DNA of 64,000 bases, taken from the human T2T-CHM13v2.0 reference genome, Homo sapiens. The stretch is taken from NCBI RefSeq assembly GCF_009914755.1, contig NC_060934.1. One strand, 5' to 3'. The notes beneath the pieces are model-generated. The model saw only the letters and a list, made by a program, of their open reading frames with translations. It did not search any database and was not told where the DNA came from. This document shows positions 56,333 to 64,000 of this stretch, one piece after another; the stretch's first letter is position 1, and each line of letters begins with the position of its first letter. The position numbers and the translations under genes were made by a program.

Positions 56333-58613
56333 TGTATTAGTTTGTTTTCATGATGCTGATAAAGACATACCCTGGGAACAAAAAGAGGTTTAATTGGAAC
56401 TGGGAACAAAAAGAGGTTCTCCATGGCTGGGGAGGCCTCAGAATCATGGCGAGAGGCAAAAGACACTTCTTACATGGTGGTGGCAAGACAGAATGTGGAA
56501 GAAGCAAAAGTGGAAACCCCTGATAAACCCATCAGATCTCATGAGACTTACTCACTATCATGAAAATAACATCAGAAAGACCGGCCCCCATGGGTCCCTC
56601 CCACAACATGTGGGAACTCTGGGAGATACAATTCAAGTTGGGATTTGGGTGGAGACACAGCCAAACCATATCATTCTACCCCTGGACCCTCCAAATCTCA
56701 TGTCCTAACATTTCAAAACCAATCATCCCTTCTCAACAGTCCCCCAAAGTCTTAACTCATTTCAGCATTAACCCAGAAGTCCACAGTCCAAAGTCTCATC
56801 TGAGACAAGGCAAGTCCCTTCCACCTATGAGCATATAAAATCAAACGCAAGCTAGTTACTACCAAGATACAATAGGGGTACAGGTATTGGGTAAATACAG
56901 CCATTCCAAATGGGAGAAATTGGCCAAAACAAAGGGGTTACAGGGCACATGCAAGTCCGAAATCCAGTGGGGCAGTCAAATTTTAAAGCTCCAAAATGAT
57001 CTCCCTTGACTCCAGGTCTCAGGTCCAGGTCATGCTGATACAAAAAGTGGGTTCCCATGGTCTTGGGCAGTTCCTCCCCTGTGGCTTTGCAGGGTACAGC
57101 CTCCTTCCTGGCTGCTTTCATGGGCTGGCATTGAGTGTCTGTGGCTTTTCCAGGCTCACAGTGCAAGCTGCCAGTGGATCTACCATTCTGGAATCTAGAG
57201 GACAGTGGCCCTCTTCTCACATCTCCACTGGGCAGTGCCCCAGGAGGGACTCTGTGTGGGGGCTCCAACCCCACATTTCCCTCCAGACTGCCCCAGCAGA
57301 GGTTCTCCATGAGGGCTCCGCCCCTGCAGCAAACTTTTGCCTGGGCATCCAGGTGTTTCCATACATTTTCTGAAATCCAGACAGAGGTTCCCAAACTTCA
57401 GTTCTTGACTTCTGTGTACCTGCGGGCTCAACAGCACTTGGAAGCTGCCAAAGCTTGGGGTGTCCACCCTCTGAAGCCACAGTCTGAGCTCTACGTTGGC
57501 CCCTTTCAGCCATAGCTGGAGCATCTGGGACACAGGACACCAAGTCCCTAGGCTGCAAACAGCACGGGGACCCTAGGCCTGGCCCACAAAACCACTTTTT
57601 CCTCCTGGGCCTCCTGCCTCTGGGCCTGTGATGGGAGGGGCTGCTGTGAAGGTCTCTGACAAGGCCTGGAGACATTTTCCTCATGGTCTTGGGGATTAAC
57701 ATTAGGCTCCTTGCTGCTTATGCAAATTTCTGCAGCCGACTTGAATTTCTCCTCAAAAAATGGGTTTTTCTTTCCTACTGCATCATCAGGTTGCAAATTT
57801 TCTGAAACGTTTATGCTTTGTTTCCCTTTTAAAATGGAATGCTTTTAACAGCACCCAAGTCACCTTTTGAAGGCTTTGCTGCTTATAAATTTATTCTGCC
57901 AGATACCCTAAATCATCTCTCTCAAGTTCAAAGTTCCACAAATCTCTAGGGCAGGGACAAAATGCCACCAGTCTCTTTGCTAAAACATAACAAGAGTCAC
58001 CTTTGCTCCAGTTCCCAACAAGTTCCTAATCTCCACCTGAGACCACCTCAGCCTGGACCTCATTTTTCATATCACTATCAGCAATTTTGTCAAAGCCATT
58101 CAACAAATCTCTAGGAGGTTCCAAACTTTTCCACATTTTCCTGTCTTCTTCTGAGTCCTCCAAACTGTTCCAACCTCTGCCTGTTACCCAGTTCCAAAGT
58201 CACTTCCAAATTTTTGGGTATCTTTTCAGCTATGCCCCACTCTACTGGTACCAATTAATTGTATTAGTTCATTTTCACATTGCTGATAAAGACATACCCG
58301 AAACTGGGAACAAAAAGAGGTTTAATTGGACTTACAGTTCCACATGGCTGGGGAGGTCTCACAGTCATGGAGGGAGGCAAAAGGCACTTCTTACATGGTG
58401 ATGCCAAGAGAGAATGAGGAAGAAGCAAAAGTAGAAACCCGTGATAAACCCATCAGATCTCGTGAGACGTATTCAGTATCATGAGGATAGCATGGGAAAG
58501 ACTGGCTTCCATGATTCAATTACCTCCCCCTGGGTCCCTCCCATGACATGTGGGAATTCTGGGAGATACAATTCAAGTTGAGGTTTGGGTGGGGACACAG
58601 CCAAACCATATCA
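56333..58613 (-). mobile_element. Full-length THE1A (LTR-internal-LTR)
   Basis: LTRs at 56333-56673 and 58260-58613, about 1.6 kb THE1 internal, 5-bp TSD CCAGC. Confidence 0.92.
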
Positions 58614-58865
58614 CCAGCCATACTCTGGTATCTCTCAGGCAACCCTGTTGACTCCATGTTGGCTCTGCTGAGTAAGCCTTTGAACTCATAATTATGGGGA
58701 AACCTCCTCCAAATTCATGATCCCATAGTAAACCTAGAATCTTTCCTGAATGTGAGATGTGAACTTCCCCAGCACCTTCATTCTAGGGTCCTGGTATTTC
58801 CCATGGATCTAAGGCCCAGATTCTCAGGTAAATAGCTATAACCAAGAATAAAAACTTTAAAAATA

Positions 58866-59161
58866 GGCCCGGTGTGGTGGCTCATGACTGTAATTCCAGC
58901 ACTTTGGAAGGTCAAGGCAAATGGATTGCTTGAGTCCAGGCGTTCAAAACCAGCTGGGCAATGTGGCAAAACCCCATCTCTACAAAAAATATGAAAACCA
59001 GCCAGGTGTGGTGGCATGCACCTGTAGTCCTAGTTAGGCAGGAGGCTGAGGTAAGAGGACACCTTGAGCCCAGGAGGCTGACGCTGCAGTGAGCCGAAAT
59101 CACGCCACTGCACTCCAGCCTGGGTAACAGGGTGAGACCCTGTCTGAAACAAACAAACAAA
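58866..59161 (+). mobile_element. AluJ
   Basis: Alu dimer with (AAAC)n tail. Confidence 0.88.
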
Positions 59162-60225
59162 CCCCTTAAAACAACAATAAGGAAATAAGTCCAATACCAT
59201 TATCATATCTAGAAATTAACCATCATTTTTTCACATCAACTGTCCAGAGAGTGTTCAATCCATTTCCCCTTTGGTACAGGCATCCCTGGTCACACAGCTG
59301 CTGACCGGTGCATGGAGAGGCAGGCTTCTTTGTTTCTGAGAGCATGCCTAGCCAACACACACATATACACACGTGTAAGACGAGTACCTCTTCAGAGTTC
59401 ACAGTCTTCCTTTCTCTCCAATATGAACCAAATCAGCCCCCCGCCTCTTCGCTCTGACACCTCCAATAGCTTCCCAAGGGTTTCATGACGGGGTCCCTAC
59501 TCTGAAATTCCTTAAGTCTGACAGGCCTGCCTCACAATGCATACACCCACCTTCTTACCAATTTTTTCCCATCAAGTGGTTAAGATCACACGTTCTGGAG
59601 CCAGACTGTCTGGCCTTGTCATTCACTGCATGCATGATTATTGGCAAGTTAGTTAAACTTTATGTGTCTCAGTTTATAGTCAGACCCAGACAAAGAGGAA
59701 AAGGATGAAGGGCAGCCAGCCTAGTCTAGACTGCCTGACAACAGCACAGCTGCAAGAGAAGTGATCGCCCAGCGGAGCTCCTCAGGCCCCCTTGTAAAGT
59801 CCCTGCTTCTGCAGAATGAGCTTTTGGCCTCCTGTCCTGGCTGAAAATTAGGATAATGGTGAGGGAAGATAAAGGCAGGCTAGGGTGGAAAAACTATGAA
59901 TACAAAAGCCATGCTGCCTAAGAAACTTGCATACTCAAGCTCCTGAGATGAGCATACCCCAGTGTAACGAACAGCCTTGCACTCGGCACATGGGATCCTT
60001 CCTCCAAAAGCAGCTGCCTCTGCTGTCTTGAGACTCCTGAGGGAGTCTCACCCAACCTCCTGTCTCTGCCAAATCCAGACCAAGCTTGTTCTGACCCTGC
60101 AGCTGTGAAGGGGATTTGAGCTTCCCAAAATAAATTACTTTCCCTACTGTCACCACTGCACTTGCCATGAGAGCTCCAAACCCCAGAGGCCTTCTGATGA
60201 AGGAGTTTCTACCTACCTCCGGGTG

Positions 60226-61052
<827 letters not shown>

Positions 61053-61558
61053 CTGTCTGACTCACCTCTGTAACTCTAGACCTATGAGCACAGCCTCATC
61101 TCAGCTTGCTGAAATCATGCTATATATGGAATTTGGGAAGAGTAAGGGGCAAATTAGATAGTATCACAGCTGAGAACCCACTAACACTTTGATCTTATCT
61201 CATATCGTGACCAACCTTGAGTCTCATAATACTGATTTATCACAGTCCCTTGTGTCTACGAACCATCTTATTGTTAGCTGAACATGTGCTAGGAACTTCT
61301 GGTGCAGACCTCTCTCCAAACTGGGTTTCATTTTCACCTCTTTTTCCCAAGCATGCACGCAAGCTCTGGCTGTGTCAAACTTCTTTCACCCCTGAAATAC
61401 TCTATGCCAGAGGATAGGTATTGTAGGTATTGTTCAGCCCTAGCTGATTGTGCAATGGACGGATGAGGCCCTGCTGCTACCTTATCTTTCAAGAGAAATT
61501 AGGAATCTGGGTTTTTACAATGCAAGTCTACTTCATCTTTAAATTAAAAACTATTTCA

Positions 61559-61861
<303 letters not shown>

Positions 61862-62654
61862 GTATTTCAAATTTTCATGTGTTCAAGCTAAACCAAATGA
61901 CGGTGAGAGCTTTTTAGCACCCCCAGTCCAGTCCACCTGTAACAGACCTAGTGCAAGGCATCATGCCCTGTGTCCCACCTGATTCCACTGTGGACACTCA
62001 TGCACCTTGCCAGCATCCTTCATTAAGCATGAGGCAGCCACTGGAGGCTTTGCTGCCTCAGGGCTTTGAGGAATCCTCTTAAACACAATCCAGAAAACCC
62101 AAATTGGGCTGGGGGGTCATTCTCTCCAGGGGCACCTTCAACCAGTGGGTGAAAGGAGCCAGTGGACCCCAGTTCCAGCAGCTCGGTCCTCTAGTGGGAC
62201 AATGCTGAAGCATGTTCTGAGTTATTCCTTGGGGATACCCTAGCGGCCTTGAGTTCCAATTGCCCACTCACTAACCAGCTCTTAACTTATCTTTCACTGG
62301 CCTCACTTTCTCTACTCTCCTTCTACTTCCTGGAATCACCTTGCAAGTAAGTTTTCTGCACCCAAGTCTGTCTCACGGACCCCAAACAGTCACCACCTGA
62401 ACCAAGGGTCTTATGCCCCCAGTCTCCACATAGGCTGATCCTTCTGTCTTAGACCCCTCACCTAAATCTCACCTGTTCTTCAATAAACTGCTTAAAGATC
62501 AATCGCTTCCGAAGCCTTCTCTGACCCTTTCTTTCTTCTGGTGCTGAGGAGTCCCGATCCCAATACTCACCGCGCTTGAGAAGAAACTGCAGCCTCCTTG
62601 CTCCCCACTGCACTCTCAGTGCCACACACAATGGCTGATATAATTGGTGTTTTA

Positions 62655-64000
<1,346 letters not shown>

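Noticed and set aside
56852-57796. Overlapping ORFs of 112-180 aa
   Set aside because: They derive from THE1 internal sequence; no recognisable protein domain

Overview
This is primate, most likely human, genomic DNA that is mostly repeats (Alu, L1, SVA, HERV, MaLR and DNA transposon fossils). The one real gene is myoregulin (MRLN), a 46-aa SERCA-regulating muscle micropeptide on the minus strand. Its CDS is 16935-16795 in the last exon, there is a clear non-coding exon at 18297-18194, and a probable first exon ends at 33088 under a MEF2/E-box/TATA-like promoter. Two co-oriented LTR2 Harlequin/HERV-E proviruses bracket the gene: a complete one at 6265-13785 and one at 45045-51238 that has lost its 3' end. 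Also present are an SVA in intron 1, three MER9 (HML-3) LTRs, a full-length THE1A and a young L1PA ORF2 segment at the right edge. Nearly all other ORFs in the track are repeat-derived. I find no wholly new biological system that the sequence supports. The best leads are: a spliced 33-codon uORF and an open in-frame leader in MRLN; a polyA-less LTR2 provirus pointing into MRLN; a ~92-bp target-site duplication around an L1PB; a microhomology-flanked inverted duplication in provirus 2; an Alu/MER9 deletion junction; and a probable twin-primed L1. Repeat family names come from recognition, not database searches. Boundaries are approximate unless a TSD is cited.
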